Source: Paraspadella gotoi (lineage: Eukaryota > Animalia > Chaetognatha). Taken from it: 64,000 nucleotides of DNA. The notes below the pieces were generated by a model. The model did no database searches, was not told the origin of the DNA, and saw only the letters and a program-made list of their open reading frames with translations. The first letter of the stretch is position 1. The number at the start of each line of letters is the position of its first letter. The position numbers were made by a program, and so were the translations under genes. This document shows positions 35,990 to 49,910 of this stretch, piece by piece. The stretch is from NCBI GenBank assembly GCA_051294375.1, contig CM119269.1, forward strand, positions 1,814,537 to 1,878,536. Direction: 5' to 3'.

Positions 35990-37223
35990 GTGCTCGCGAA
36001 GTAACGACGTTGACATGGAGTCGGCACGGAATTGAATTCTATCTGTCAACATGGCATCGGCACCGCGTCGCTACCAGCTCGACCCGGAGTCTGCATGTCG
36101 TCGGCACCGTTGACCTCCGTCTATCTTCGTACCGTCTATCTTCGTACCGTCTATCTNNNNNNNNNNNNNNNNNNNNNNNNNNNNNNNNNNNNNNNNNNNN
36201 NNNNNNNNNNNNNNNNNNNNNNNNNNNNNNNNNNNNNNNNNNNNNNNNNNNNNNNNNNNNNNNNNNNNNNNNNNNNNNNNNNNNNNNNNNNNNNNNNNNN
36301 NNNNNNNNNNNNNNNNNNNNNNNNNNNNNNNNNNNNNNNNNNNNNNNNNNNNNNNNNNNNNNNNNNNNNNNNNNNNNNNNNNNNNNNNNNNNNNNNNNNN
36401 NNNNNNNNNNNNNNNNNNNNNNNNNNNNNNNNNNNNNNNNNNNNNNNNNNNNNNNNNNNNNNNNNNNNNNNNNNNNNNNNNNNNNNNNNNNNNNNNNNNN
36501 NNNNNNNNNNNNNNNNNNNNNNNNNNNNNNNNNNNNNNNNNNNNNNNNNNNNNNNNNNNNNNNNNNNNNNNNNNNNNNNNNNNNNNNNNNNNNNNNNNNN
36601 NNNNNNNNNNNNNNNNNNNNNNNNNNNNNNNNTTTAACACAAACAGAGGATTCGCTTTATAGCAATTCAATGGCAACGCAAACTGCAAAAGTCGACAGGT
36701 TCTACCTAACTTTTCCAATTTGATTTTTCGATTCCTAGCTTGGTTGCTCGATTCCTTGCTTGCTTGATTCCTTGCTTGCTTTCTCTTTCAAAGAATATTG
36801 GGAATCTGTTTTGGTTCTTGCCGAGTCCAATATTTCTCTTTGTTCTTTGACGAAAATATTTCCGAATGAAATTTAAATCTTTCGTCGAGATAACGTATTC
36901 GTCTCTCTATGACTTTTTATTTTCATTCCTTTTCTTTTTCATTTCTTTGAATTTTAATTACAGCATTTCAAATTTAACAAAGGCTAATCGAGGCTCCGCT
37001 TTCCTTCACAAAAACCATGTCGGTTAAATTTCCCGGTTCCATTCTATTTTTTTTTAAACTTTCATTTATTAAAAATTTATATCAATTTATAAGTAAAACT
37101 TGAGAAACCTTTTCAAAGAACAAACAAAACTTGTCTCCTTTTCTTCGTCATTTTTCCGCTTTTCTGCTTTTCAAATGTTTTCGCCCCATTTTTCTTCCAT
37201 TTTCGGCTCCCGTTTTTTGAAAT

Positions 37224-37259
<36 letters not shown>

Positions 37260-37542
37260 NNNNNNNNNNNNNNNNNNNNNNNNNNNNNNNNNNNNNNNNN
37301 NNNNNNNNNNNNNNNNNNNNNNNNNNNNNNNNNNNNNNNNNNNNNNNNNNNNNNNNNNNNNNNNNNNNNNNNNNNNNNNNNNNNNNNNNNNNNNNNNNNN
37401 NNNNNNNNNNNNNNNNNNNNNNNNNNNNNNNNNNNNNNNNNNNNNNNNNNNNNNNNNNNNNNNNNNNNNNNNNNNNNNNNNNNNNNNNNNNNNNNNNNNN
37501 NNNNNNNNNNNNNNNNNNNNNNNNNNNNNNNNNNNNNNNNNN

Positions 37543-37578
<36 letters not shown>

Positions 37579-38068
37579 GTTCCTTTTCAATCTGTTTCCA
37601 TTTTCCTATTTCCTCTCTCTTTATCTTTTCCTACTATTTCTTTTACTTTCCCCTTTCCCTCTTACTTTTTTTCCATATTTCCTTTTTCTTTTTAGCCTAT
37701 TAGACAAATTTTACTTTCCATTTTTTCCTATTTCCTATTTTCCAATCTCCTTTTTTTCTTTTCTTTAATTCTTCATTCCCGTTTTCTAGATTCTTCTCTC
37801 TTCCCTCCGTCTCCTTTATCAGCGGAGTGAAAGCAATCTCCGCCAAAGCCTCGCTCCTGCTCTCGCTCCTGCTCTCGCTCCTGCTCTCGCTCCTGCCCTC
37901 GCTCCTGCTCTCTCGAGTCTCGCCGATCCTCGTGATCCTCCTTCGCTCCACTCCTTCTGCTCCATATCCCGCTCCACCTCCCTTTTCTTACATAAGCGCT
38001 TTTTCTATTCCCTCTTGTTTCCGATGTCGTGACTCGAACAGAATAACAGTCTTTATCGTTTATCGCGC

Positions 38069-38105
<37 letters not shown>

Positions 38106-41100
38106 AGATGATTTGATTGATGAAATTACCAATGCAATGGAAAAGAGAATTGTGTTCCGCGGTTGCGGGGACAAAGTCGTTAATTTTATTGTCAATATAT
38201 TTTCTGGCTAATAAATAAGTTTTAATAGGTAAACATGACACCTCCCTAGGAACTGAATAAAATGATTATTATTTTCTCAGCCATGCAAATTATTTAATGC
38301 ATGCAAATATTTCCAAAAAAGAGTTGTCTATAACTGTTTTTTACCTCTTTTTGATTAGAGGACTACTCACATTATTGTTAATATTATATATCTGACATGA
38401 TAGTTTTTATCAGATTTGGGGTAAAAAATATTCCTTAGCATGCAGCGAAAAAAATTGATCCTTTATAAAGTAATTATAAATATTTTTTTTTAGGACTTGT
38501 TTGATACTTGATTCTGAATAAACATTCCAAAAGTAAATAAAAATGATAACCTTGCTTATTCTCTACATTAACTTAATAATAATAATAACTAAAAATAATG
38601 TCTAAACTCGTGTTTAATTTTAAGTTTTCATACCGTCCTTACAACTCTGCAGTGAAAAGACAAACGTATAATTTTTCGACGGAAAAGAGATCATAAAATT
38701 AGTGTGTGCAGCCTAAAACCGGTCATTCTCCGCAAAAAGCGACCTTTGAGAGCGAGTGACCTTTTGGCTAATAGTTTTCACGGTTTTAGAAAAAGAGTTT
38801 GTCTTCGTCGTGTATCTCGTTTCACACCTTCAGCCTTCATCCCTCAATGATCTCGACTGACTCGACCTCCACTTCACTACGTCTCCCTCCCCCTCGAGGT
38901 GAGAGTCATATCCTGCGGCAGTAAGGCATCAGCGATTTTCACCTCCGGGCTTCGCCCCCTCTCTCTCTCTTCTCTCATCTCTCTCTCTCTCTCTCTCTCT
39001 CTCCTCCTCCATCTCTCTTCTCCCTTCCTTTTGCTCTCTCCCTCCCCCTCAGGTCTTGAGAGATTCTGGCAGGTGCAGCAGATTCCTCCACCCCTGGGCT
39101 CGCCTCCTTTCTCTCTTCTCTCTCTTCTCTTTCTCCTCTTCACTTTTCTCTCTTCTCTCCCCCTTACTGCGAGGTTGAGAGATCTGGGCAAGTAGGCACG
39201 GATTTCTCGACCCCGTGGCTCGCCTCTCGCTCTCTCTCTCTCTCTTCTCTCTACCCCCCCCGGTAGGTGAACACGTGAATTCACACTGGGCAGCTGAGGC
39301 ACAATTCGTAACCCAGGCCTCGCCTTCTCTCGTCTCTCTCTCCATCTCTCGTTGCGCACGCCTCTGCGTCTCCCCACCCCTCGAGTAGCCGGTGGCAGAA
39401 TCATCTTTACACGTAGCTCGTAAGAGATTAATTCTGGCAGTGGGCAACGAATTTCTCCCCCACATGAACCTCGCCTTGTCTCTCCCCTTCTATCTTTCCT
39501 TTCTCTCTACCCTTCCCCCCCTCGAGAGTGAGAGATTCTGGGGCAAATTTCAAATTAAGTCCTTTAACCTTTTCTTATAGACAGTGGGCATCCAGATTCT
39601 CCCCCCCCTGAACTTCAGCACCCTATTCTCTCTCTTTAACTACTATTACCCTTTTTCTCTCTCCCCCCTCTCGAAGGTGAGGAGGCACTGTACTGGGCAA
39701 AGTGGTGCCGGGGAATCGGTCCCCACCAAAAGGCTCGGCAAACTTCCTCCCCTCTCTCTCTCGTTTTCTCTTCCACTTCATACTAAACTAACCCACATAT
39801 GAGAACCCCCGAGAGGAGAAGATTCCCAGGCACAGAGAAAATTTGATTTATATAAAAAAAAAAAAAAAAATTAATATCTAATCCGAAATCATGACGGCCC
39901 AAGTTGAGACCTAATCCCTAAAGCAATTTTCTCACCACAACCGGGACTTGCCAAAATATACCAATTCCCCGACTACTGCTCTCATCCCTACCTACCCCAT
40001 AAACCCCCCCGTTGAAATTTTTTGTGGTGAGATGTGTTGATTACTCAGTGGCTTATTCTGGCCCACCGGGGCCGCCAAAAGAAAAAATTAACCAAACCCC
40101 GAATTGTTCACCACACCGAAGACTCGTAACTATAATCAATCGGTCAATAGCCCTTTTCCGTGCTAGCCGTCGATCTTCTTCTCGTCTTCTTCTCCTCCCC
40201 TGCTTCTCTCTATACTCTCTCCTTTCTCTCTCTCCCCCCTCTCACTAAGGTGAATTGAGTTGTAGCTGTGGTCGGAAGTGGGCCACGATTCGCACCAAGG
40301 GCTCGCTTTCTCTCTACATCATCTCTCTCTCTCTCTACTCATCACATCCCATTTATCTCTCTATCTCCCCACTTAATCATCGACGGAATCATTAAACACG
40401 AGGAATCCACNNNNNNNNNNNNNNNNNNNNNNNNNGCTCGGCCGAAGTACGACGTTGACATGGAGTCGCACGAATTGAATTCTATCTGTCAACATGCATC
40501 GGCCACCGCGTCCTACCAGCTCGACCGGAGTCTGCATGTCGTCGGCACCGTTGACTCCGTCTATTCTTCGTACTGTCTATCTTCGTTACCGTCTATCTTA
40601 ACCGTCTACCTTATCTTATCTTATCTTATTCTTATCTTATCTTTTCTTATCTATTATCTTATCTATCTATCTATCTTATCTATCTATATCTTATCTCATC
40701 TCCTTACTCTTATCTCTTAGCCGTCTATCTATCGTACCGTCTATCTCGTACCGTCTATCTTCGTACCGTCTATCTTCGATCGAGTCCCTGCTTGGACCTT
40801 GTCTATAATTCAACTTCTTCGGAGCGTTCATCTTAATTTTTTTATATTTCGGGTTTCGATTAAAAAACTGGATAAAAGGGATTTGGTGGTCAGGCAAAGT
40901 TTTGTGGTTTGACCAACGACGTTGAGTTCCTCCTTTTATTTCTGCCTCAACGATTTTAACGTAAATTTAGAATTATAATTTGACCAGTTAAGGTGAAATG
41001 CTTAAATTTAAATTTATTATCAGAACAAGGACAAGAGAAGTCGGTGTCAATTTTGAGACAGAGTGGAATCAAAGCAGAAAAATCTCCGAGAGGAAGAAGA

Positions 41101-41768
41101 ACTTGCACCTCTTCCCATAGATCAGGTTCTTTCCGAAATATTTCACAGAAAGATGATACACAAGCAAAACCCTTGGAAAAAACAGTTTTAACACAAACAG
41201 GAGATTCGCTTTATAGCAATTCAATGGCAACGCAAACTGCAAAAGTCGACAGGTTCTACCTAACTTTTCCAATTTGATTTTTCGATTCCTAGCTTGGTTG
41301 CTCGATTCCTGCTTGCTTGATTCCTGCTTGCTTTCTCTTTCAAATATTGGGAATCTGTTTTGGTTCTTGCGAGTCCAATATTTCTCTTTGTTCTTTGACG
41401 AAAATATTTCCGAATGAAATTTATCTTTCGTCGAGATAACGTATTCGTCTCTCTATGACTTTTTATTTTCATTCCTTTTCTTTTTCATTCTTTGAATTTT
41501 AATTACAGCATTTCAAATTTAACAAAGGCTAATCGAGGCTCCGCTTTCCTTCACAAAAACCATGTCGGTTAAATTCCCGGTTCCATTCTATTTTTTTTTT
41601 AAACTTTCATTATTAAAAATTTATATCAATTTATAAGTAAAACTTGAGAAACCTTTTCAAAGAACAAACAAAACTTGTCTCCTTTTCTTCGTCATTTTTC
41701 CGCTTTCTGCTTTTCAAATGTTTTCGCCCCATTTTTCTTCCATTTCGGCTCCCGTTTTTTGAAATTCT

Positions 41769-41832
<64 letters not shown>

Positions 41833-41997
41833 CTATCCTCATTCTCATAACTCTATCTTTATCTCTCCTCCCTCTCTCATCGTTTACAAAAAATGTGGAC
41901 CGACCGACCGCGTCAGCCTTTTAGCGGCGAAGACCCAAGCGCGAGGAAAGGCAGTGGAAGTAATCAATATCACTTTTGCCCGCGGGCCCTTCTCATG

Positions 41998-42046
<49 letters not shown>

Positions 42047-42088
42047 ATGTTCCTTTTCAATCTGTTTCCATTTTCTATCTTCCTTATT

Positions 42089-42131
<43 letters not shown>

Positions 42132-42133
42132 TT

Positions 42134-42204
<71 letters not shown>

Positions 42205-43788
42205 ATGTTCCTTTTCAATCTGTTTCCATTTTCCTATCTTCCTTATTCTTTCTCTCTCTCTCTCTCCTCTCCTCCTCTCTCTCTTCTCTCTCTTCTCTTT
42301 CTTTCTCTCTCTTTTCTCTCTCTCTCTCTCTCTCTCTCTAATGTTCCTTTTCAATCTGTTCCATTTTCCTATTTCCTCTCTCTTATCTTTTCCTACTATT
42401 TCTTTTACTTTCCCCTTTCCCTCTTACTTTTTTCATATTTCCTTTTCTTTTTAGCCTATTAGACAAATTTACTTTCATTTTTTCCTATTTCTATTTTCCA
42501 ATCTCCTTTTTTTCTTTTCTTTAATTCTTCATTCCCGTTTTCTAGATTCTTCTCTCTTCCCTCCGTCTCCTTTATCAGCGGAGTGAAAGCAATCCCGCCA
42601 AAGCCTCGCTCCTGCTCTCGCTCCTGCTCTCGCTCCTTGCCTCGCTCCTGCTCTCTCGAGTCTCGCCGATCCTCTGATCCTCCTTCGCTCCACTCCTTCT
42701 GCTCCATATCCCGCTCCACTCCCTTTTCTTTACATAAGCTTTTTCTATTCCTCTTGTTTCCGATGTCGTGACTCGAACAGAATAACAGTCTTTATCCGTT
42801 TATCGCGCGATGATGATGATGATGATGATGATGATATGATGATGATGATGATAGTGATGATGAGTGATAGATGATGATGATGATGATATATACCATGATG
42901 GAAAAAGAATGGTCGCGTTTGCGAAAAGTCAGTTAATTTTATTGTCAAATATATTTCTGGCTATAAATAAGTTTTATAGATAACATGACCTCCTAGGACT
43001 GAATTAAAATGTTATTTTCAAACAGCATAAAATTTATTAATTGCATGCAAATATTTCCAAAAGAGGTTGTCTATAACTGTTTTTACCTCTTTTTTGATTA
43101 GAGGACTACTCACATTATTGTTAATATTATATATCTGACATGATAGTTTTTATCAGATTTGGGGTAAAAAATATTCCTTAGCATGCAGCGAAAAAAATTG
43201 ATCCTTTATAAAGTAATTATAAATTATATTTTTTTGACTTGTTTGATACTTTGATTCTGATAATACATCCAAAGGTAAATAAAAATGATAACCTTGCTTA
43301 TTCTCTACATTAACTTAATAATAATAATAACTAAAAATAATGTCTAAAAATTCGTTTAATTCTTAAGTTTTCATCCTTACAACTCTGCAGTGAAAAGACA
43401 ACGTATAATTTTCGACGAAAAAGACATAAAATTAAGTGTGCACAGCCTAAAACCGTCATTCTCCGCCAAAAAAGCGGACCTTTGAAGCGAGTACCTTTGG
43501 CTAATAGTTTTCCGGTTAAGGAAAAAGAGTTTGTTCATTCGTCGTTGATCTCGTTTCACCTTCAGCCTTCATCCCTCAATGATCTTCGACTGGACTCGAA
43601 ACCACTTCTCACGTCCTCCCCCCTCGAGGTGAAGGAGATTGGGCAGTAGGCACATTTTCACCCCGGGCTCGGCCTCTCTCATCTCTCTCTCTCTCCTCTC
43701 TCTCTTTCTACTCTCCCCCCTGCGAGGTGAAAATCTGGGCAGTAGGCACGATTTTACCCCTGGGCTCCCTCTCTCTCTCTCTCTTCTC

Positions 43789-43819
<31 letters not shown>

Positions 43820-43878
43820 CCCCCATCGAGGTGAGAGATTCTGGGCAGTAGGCACGATTTTCACCCGGCTCGCCTCTC

Positions 43879-43909
<31 letters not shown>

Positions 43910-43960
43910 CCCCCTCGAGGTGAGAGATTCTGGGCAGTAGGCAACGATTTTCACCCCGGC

Positions 43961-44013
<53 letters not shown>

Positions 44014-44064
44014 TCCCCCTCGAGGTGAGAGATCTGTGCAGTAAGGCACGATTTTCACCCCGGG

Positions 44065-44106
<42 letters not shown>

Positions 44107-44155
44107 CCCCCCTCGAGGTGAGAGATTCTGGCAGTAGGCACGATTTCACCCGGGC

Positions 44156-44206
<51 letters not shown>

Positions 44207-44342
44207 CCCCCTCGCAGGTGAGATATCTGGCATAGGCACTTTCACCCCGGGCTCGCCTCTCTCCTCTCTCTTCTCTCTCTTCTTCTCTTCCCCCTCGAGG
44301 TGAGAGCTTCTGGCAGTAGGCCACGATTTTCACTCCCCGGGC

Positions 44343-44382
<40 letters not shown>

Positions 44383-44430
44383 CCCCCTCAGAGTGAGAGA
44401 TTGTGGCAGTAGCACGATTTTCACCCGGGC

Positions 44431-44475
<45 letters not shown>

Positions 44476-44527
44476 CCCCCTCGAGGTGAGAGATATCTTG
44501 GCAGTAGCACGATTTCACCCCGGCTCG

Positions 44528-44562
<35 letters not shown>

Positions 44563-44712
44563 CTCTCCCCCCTCGAGGTGAGAATTCTGGCAGTAGGCAC
44601 GATTTTCACCCCGGGCTCGCCTCTCTCTCTCTCTTCCTCTCTCTCTTTTCTCTCCCCCTCGAGGTGAGAGATTCTGGGCAGTAGCACGAATTTCACCCCG
44701 GGCTTGCCTCTC

Positions 44713-44743
<31 letters not shown>

Positions 44744-45051
44744 CCCTCGAGGTGAGAGATTCTGGGCAGTAGGCACGATTTTCACCCGGGCTCACCTCTC
44801 TCTCTTCTCTCTCTCTCTTTTCTCTTCCCCCCTCGAGGTGAGAGATTCTGGGCAGTAGGCACGATTTTCACCCCGAGCTCGCTCTCTCTCTCTCTCTCTC
44901 TTTCCTCTCTCCCCTCGAGGTGAGAGTTCTGGCAGTAGGCACGATTTTCACCCGGGCTCGCCTCTCTCTCTTCTCTCTCTCTCTCTCTTTTCTCTCTCCC
45001 CCTCAAGGTGAGAGATTCTGGGCAGTAGGCACGATTTTCACCCCGGGCTCG

Positions 45052-45095
<44 letters not shown>

Positions 45096-45148
45096 CCCTT
45101 TGAGGTGAGAATTCTGGCAGTGGCATGATTCTCACCCCTGGCTCGCCT

Positions 45149-45179
<31 letters not shown>

Positions 45180-45778
45180 CCCCCTCGAGGTGAGAGATTC
45201 TGGGCAGTGGGCACGATTCCACCCCAGGCTCGCCCTTCTCTCTCTCATTCTCCTCTCTTTCTCTGTCCCCCTCGAGGTGAGAGATTCTGGGCATGTGGCA
45301 CAATTCTTACCCCAGGCTCGCCTTCTCCCTCTCTCTCTCTCTCTCTCTTTCTCTCTCCCCCCCTCGAGGTGAGAGATTCTGGGCAGTGGGCATGATTCTT
45401 CCCCCTGACTCGCCTTCTCTCTCTCTCTCTCTTTCTCTCTCCCCCCCTTTGAGGTGAGAGTTCTGCGCAGTGGGCACGATTCTCACCCCAGGCTCGCCTT
45501 CTCTCTCTCTCTCTCTCTCTCTCTCCCCCCCTCGAGGTGAGAGATTATGGGCAGTGGGCACAATTCTCACCCCGGCTCGCCTTTCTCTCTCTCCTCTCCT
45601 CTCCCCTTTAGGTGAGAGATTCTGGGCAGTTGGGCACGATTCTCACCCGGCTCGTCTTTTCTCTCTTCTCTCTCTCTCTCCTCTCTCTTCTCTCTCCTCT
45701 CTCCCCCCTTTAGGTGAGCAGATTCTGGGCAGTGGCACGATTTCCACCCCCCCTGGGCTCGCTCTTTCTCTCTCTTCC

Positions 45779-45815
<37 letters not shown>

Positions 45816-45850
45816 CCCCTTAATCATCGACGGTATTTCGAGGATCCGAC
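35990..45850. repeat. Tandem duplicated block (~35990-40410 and 40436-45850) across a 25-N gap; probable assembly artefact
   Basis: Shared landmarks occur in the same order: GACGTTGACATGGAGTC, TTAACACAAACAG, GAGTGAAAGCAATC, the satellite and TTAATCATCGACGG. The differences are mostly indels. Confidence 0.85.
43615..45820. repeat. Composite satellite: ~24 units of a ~55-bp hairpin-forming core separated by variable (CT)n tracts
   Basis: Core CCCCTCGAGGTGAGAGATTCTGGGCAGTAGGCACGATTTTCACCCCGGGCTCGCC with a period of ~75-105 bp. A degraded counterpart lies at ~38885-40380. Confidence 0.92.
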
Positions 45851-46119
45851 GTCATTAGTATTCGTCCGACGTCGTGCGAGTTGTTGTTGTTGTCGTGAGA
45901 ATTGCGGCGATTCTTCGATTTCGTATCTCCGTTTAGAAAACAATGAAAAAGGGCGCACCAAGCCTTTCGCGAACGCGAATCTTTCGCTCCCTACAAAGCT
46001 ACTCGGTCAACTGCGCCACATCGCGCGGTTGTTGTCGTTAAATCGTCGTCGTCATCGTCGGCAACCAAAAAAAAAACGAACCTTTGGACATTGAGAGAAA
46101 GAGAGAGAGAGAGAGAGAT

Positions 46120-46150
<31 letters not shown>

Positions 46151-47496
46151 GCGAGAGAGAGAAAGGGACCGAGTAGGAGAGTAGAAAGAATCAAAGTGGC
46201 ATGAGAGAAAGAGAGAGAGTAGACCGAGAGAGGAGAGAGTCGTTACAGTTTACGCTGCGTTTTCGAAGGGGAAGACAGAGAACGGAAGTGGGCGTGGTTC
46301 GAGGCGGAGAACTCGAGGAAGAAAAGAGAAAGGAAATACAGTTTTGGTTCCCTACAGTTAATTGCGTTTGGAATCGATTCGACAGATTACAAAAGCGACT
46401 CCCGACTTGTTTCCCAAAAATTCCTTTTTTTTTCATGATGATTTTGGTGATTTCGCCCTTACGTTGAGACCTTCGGCCAAAGTCATCGAAAGCCAGAGAG
46501 TAAAGTACAAACCGTCATTTTTATTTTATCAGTCTCGGTTTCGAGTGACATTTTTCGTGGAATGCGCATGCGCAATGCGCATCCCAATATTTTTTGAGAA
46601 GCCTTTTAGATATTATGAGGCTCTCATTAATGATTTTCTTACAGAAATGAAGTGTAATATATATTTAAAAAACTAGGGCAGGATGATAGATGCTATAGAT
46701 GTATGCATATTGCATATCTCCCTATAACAACCATCTCCCATTAATAATATAATATTTTCAGATTTATAAAAAACGAAAATTATTAAAAAATAATAATAAT
46801 GATAAAAATAAAAAAATATAGAATTTGTAATATATATTATTAATGAATTTTATAAAATCTAATACTTAAAATAGTGAAACAAGTAATTTTGCAATTTTCA
46901 TAACCAGAGGCCTAGAAATTAAAACGTCCAACTCAATTTAAATTAAATTTCATTATCTGTTTAAACGCATTGTTTTTCAATTCTCCTTCTTCTTAACAAC
47001 TGTGTATTTTTTGACGTGTTTTTTTCCCATTTATTCTAGTGAGGCGACTTACCACCATTTTTCTGTCTTTCCTTTTCTAATTTTCTTTACTGTCCCCAGT
47101 TTTTCATTTTCTATTTTTTTATTCAGTTTTACAACCTCTTCATTTTTACTCTCACTCTAATTTCTTAACCTTTTTCTTTTTCGTCTAGACTTTGCGTGAA
47201 GCAGGGAAAGCACGTTCAACTTAGATTAGCCTCATCTCACGCGCATGCGCGACTGTCAGTTTCGTTAAAAAATTAGCTCAACAGTAAAAGCGCATGATTC
47301 AATTATCACGATGAGTAAAATTGATTATGATTAAAATTGTATTCAGAGACAAAAGGAAGGAATTTTATTTGAAAATACATATATATACATATATAATTGA
47401 AATTCAAAGTTAGCAAAAGTTACAAGAGATGATTCGAATTTTTTTATTCCGCGCTTAATCAAACTTTTGTATTGAGAATTGCACTCTCTCTCTCTC

Positions 47497-47547
<51 letters not shown>

Positions 47548-48058
47548 CTCTCTCTTCTCTCTCTTTTTTTTTCTCTTTTTATAATTTTACGTCTCCCATT
47601 TTACAAATTTGGATTTCTCCCGAAAACAAAAAAAAAGAGTTTTTTTTTTTTTTAAATTTCATTTCTGAACCCGCGACTTTTGCTTTATTTAAAAATATGC
47701 GAAACCAACGGAACAAAAATCAAAACTTGAAGAAAATGCGGAAACCAGAGATAAAAATAGAAAAAAAAAGAGAAAGAGGGAGAAGAGATAGAAAGAGAGG
47801 GAGAAAAAAAGAAGAAAAATAAAAAGAAAACGTGGCAGAGAAAGAGGAGAGAAGGAGAAGACCAAAATTGTGGGTTCACTATTTGAAGCAATTTCTTCCG
47901 GCGCCAGAAAAAGACTCGTGACATTTAAGCTTTTCACAAGTCACCTACTCTCTGCCGCTTTCCAAGTCCTAAAAATATATTTATGAAAGAAAAAATCCTT
48001 CCATTCTAAGATTTATTTTACTTCTAATTATGTATATATAATATAATATAAAAAATTT

Positions 48059-48304
48059 AAAGTCTAATATAGAACAAAGTTTGAAGAGAGATTTAACAAC
48101 GATTTTTATTTCATTTTATTTTTGTATTTATTTTTTTTTTTATTTTTATTTTTATTTGAATTGGCGCTGAAGAAGACTCGTATGTGAGTCGAAACATGTC
48201 CGTTTCACTATGAAATAAAAATCGTTGTTAAATCTCTCTTCAAACTTTGTTCTAAATCAAATCACAACGAAACAGAAAGGAAAAAAACACAAAGTCTAAT
48301 ATAG
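48059..48304 (+). mobile_element. Truncated Penelope-like retroelement remnant with inverted segment and target-site duplication
   Basis: 14-bp direct repeat AAAGTCTAATATAG at 48059-48072 and 48291-48304. Perfect 45-bp inverted repeat 48070-48114 / 48210-48254, with an internal hammerhead core and AATAAA. Confidence 0.75.
48163..48204 (+). ncRNA. Minimal type I hammerhead ribozyme motif
   Basis: GGCG-CTGAAGA-A-GACTC-gtatgt-GAGTC-GAAAC-ATGTC-CGTT. It has the CUGANGA and GAAA cores, a 5-bp stem II, palindromic ACATGT stem III, a GUC cleavage triplet (after 48200) and a 4-bp stem I with G-U pairs. Confidence 0.75.
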
Positions 48305-49865
48305 TAAAGCAAGTAATCTTGCATTTTTTTATATTCATTTATAAATCGTAATGAAAATGTTTTCAAATAATATGACTTCACCATATCTGGCTTTTCCTCT
48401 CTGCTCACAATTCAACCGCGCTTTTTCCCTCCCGCTGCAGCACCTACGTGGCATCTTTTCATCTGTTGCGGCAAATGTGTTGTAGCTCGTTCAACTTTGT
48501 ATGGTGGGATTCTTCCTCGGCGCCAAGGCTGAAAAAACCTCAAAGGGGAAAAAGGAGGAAGAGAAAAAAGAGAGAGACGAAAATCACGGAAAAACTTAAT
48601 GAAAAAAAAAAAAAATCGGAATTTCAATATGACAGTCGACGCCTCGAGCTCTGCTTTTTTTTATATTATCTTCCAGCTTTCTCTCACTTTTTTTTAATAT
48701 CATGGAAATTTAATTAACTGGAATTAATAACTTTTTATATCAGCTTTTTTGCTATGATGCTCTGTATGTTTCTTGAGAAAAGTAAATCGTTGTTTTTCAT
48801 TGTCTCGACTTCTTGATATGACTTTTTCCTTTGGGTCGATTTATTTCATAAAATAAAAAAAATAAATACATAGCGATCATCAGATTTTTTTCTCTAAAGG
48901 AAAGAAAGAGAAAAAGTGGAGGAAAGAAAGAGAAAAAGAGGAGGAAAGGAAAAAAATGGAATTGGTGACAATTTCTTTAATCAATTCACATTCTTCTATT
49001 TTTATCTTTTCAAAGAAAATTCTATTCCTTCTCTTTTATCCTTTGATTAAATTTTTTCTTTTCTTTCATCCATCGTTATTTTGTCATTTCTCTCTTTTTA
49101 TGGATGTTGGAATGGTGTCATCAACGCAATGTAATATTTTAAGTTGTTCATGGAATTACTTGAATTTAAAGATTTAAATTTAAATTTAAATAGATTTCCG
49201 ATTTTAATATTTTACATTCAATTTGAAAGAAATTAGCACCTTTGAGCTTTTGAAAGTATGAGATTATTTCGAAATGTAAAAAAATAGCTATTAATTTTAT
49301 GAGAAATATGTACTACATACTTACTCTGAACAAACTAGACGACGGATACAATCTTCGCTTCTCGATTCGAGTAATGAGGGAAAACCCAACTAGAAAAAAT
49401 ATTTTATAAATTAATATAAATATAAATTAATATGTCTTACTACGCTCGGTCTCCTTCCCTTAATCTGTGTCTCTATCTCCCCTTTCATTCTCCCTTTTTC
49501 TCTGACCTTTCAATGAGACAAATTTCTCTCTTTTTCAAATCCAAAAAAAAAAAAGAGAATCTGTGTTCCATCGATCCGAATTTCTTTTCTATTTCTCTCT
49601 TTTGTCGCGATTTATGGGGAGAAATAAAACCGTTTATTTCGCAATAACATCCGGGGATTACGAAGCGACGGGCGGGGTGAGGAACTTGGGGGGAGGGTGG
49701 CAGCGGGGTGATGGAGGTGAGTCCATGAAGGGTGAGGAGAAAACGGGGCTTTTGCGAATCAAAGTCTGGGGCGGCGTCGAATTTATTCATTCTTCGCTTC
49801 TTTCGCTGTATGGACGTCGTCCTTCTATATTATTCGGTTGCTCTTTGCGAGCGGATGGAAACAGG

Positions 49866-49910
<45 letters not shown>

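Noticed and set aside
35980-36120. TLTWSRHGIEF as a second half of GAS1 domain 1
   Set aside because: It lacks the CxC and other cysteines in one frame; the exon at 61287 is a far better, phase-matched fit.
37820-37960. Hydrophobic SLLLSLLL stretch as the GPI signal of the GAS1-like gene
   Set aside because: It comes from a 12-bp repeat, lies inside the intron splitting domain 1, and the frame is not kept in the duplicate copy.
43615-45820. CRISPR array or repetitive protein (REASPGENRAYCPES...)
   Set aside because: The spacers are only (CT)n, and unit lengths do not preserve the reading frame.
35990-45850. Biological tandem duplication
   Set aside because: The copies differ mainly by scattered indels and meet at a 25-N gap, consistent with overfilled long-read gap closing. 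The same pattern is seen around the 25-N gap at 21128-21152.
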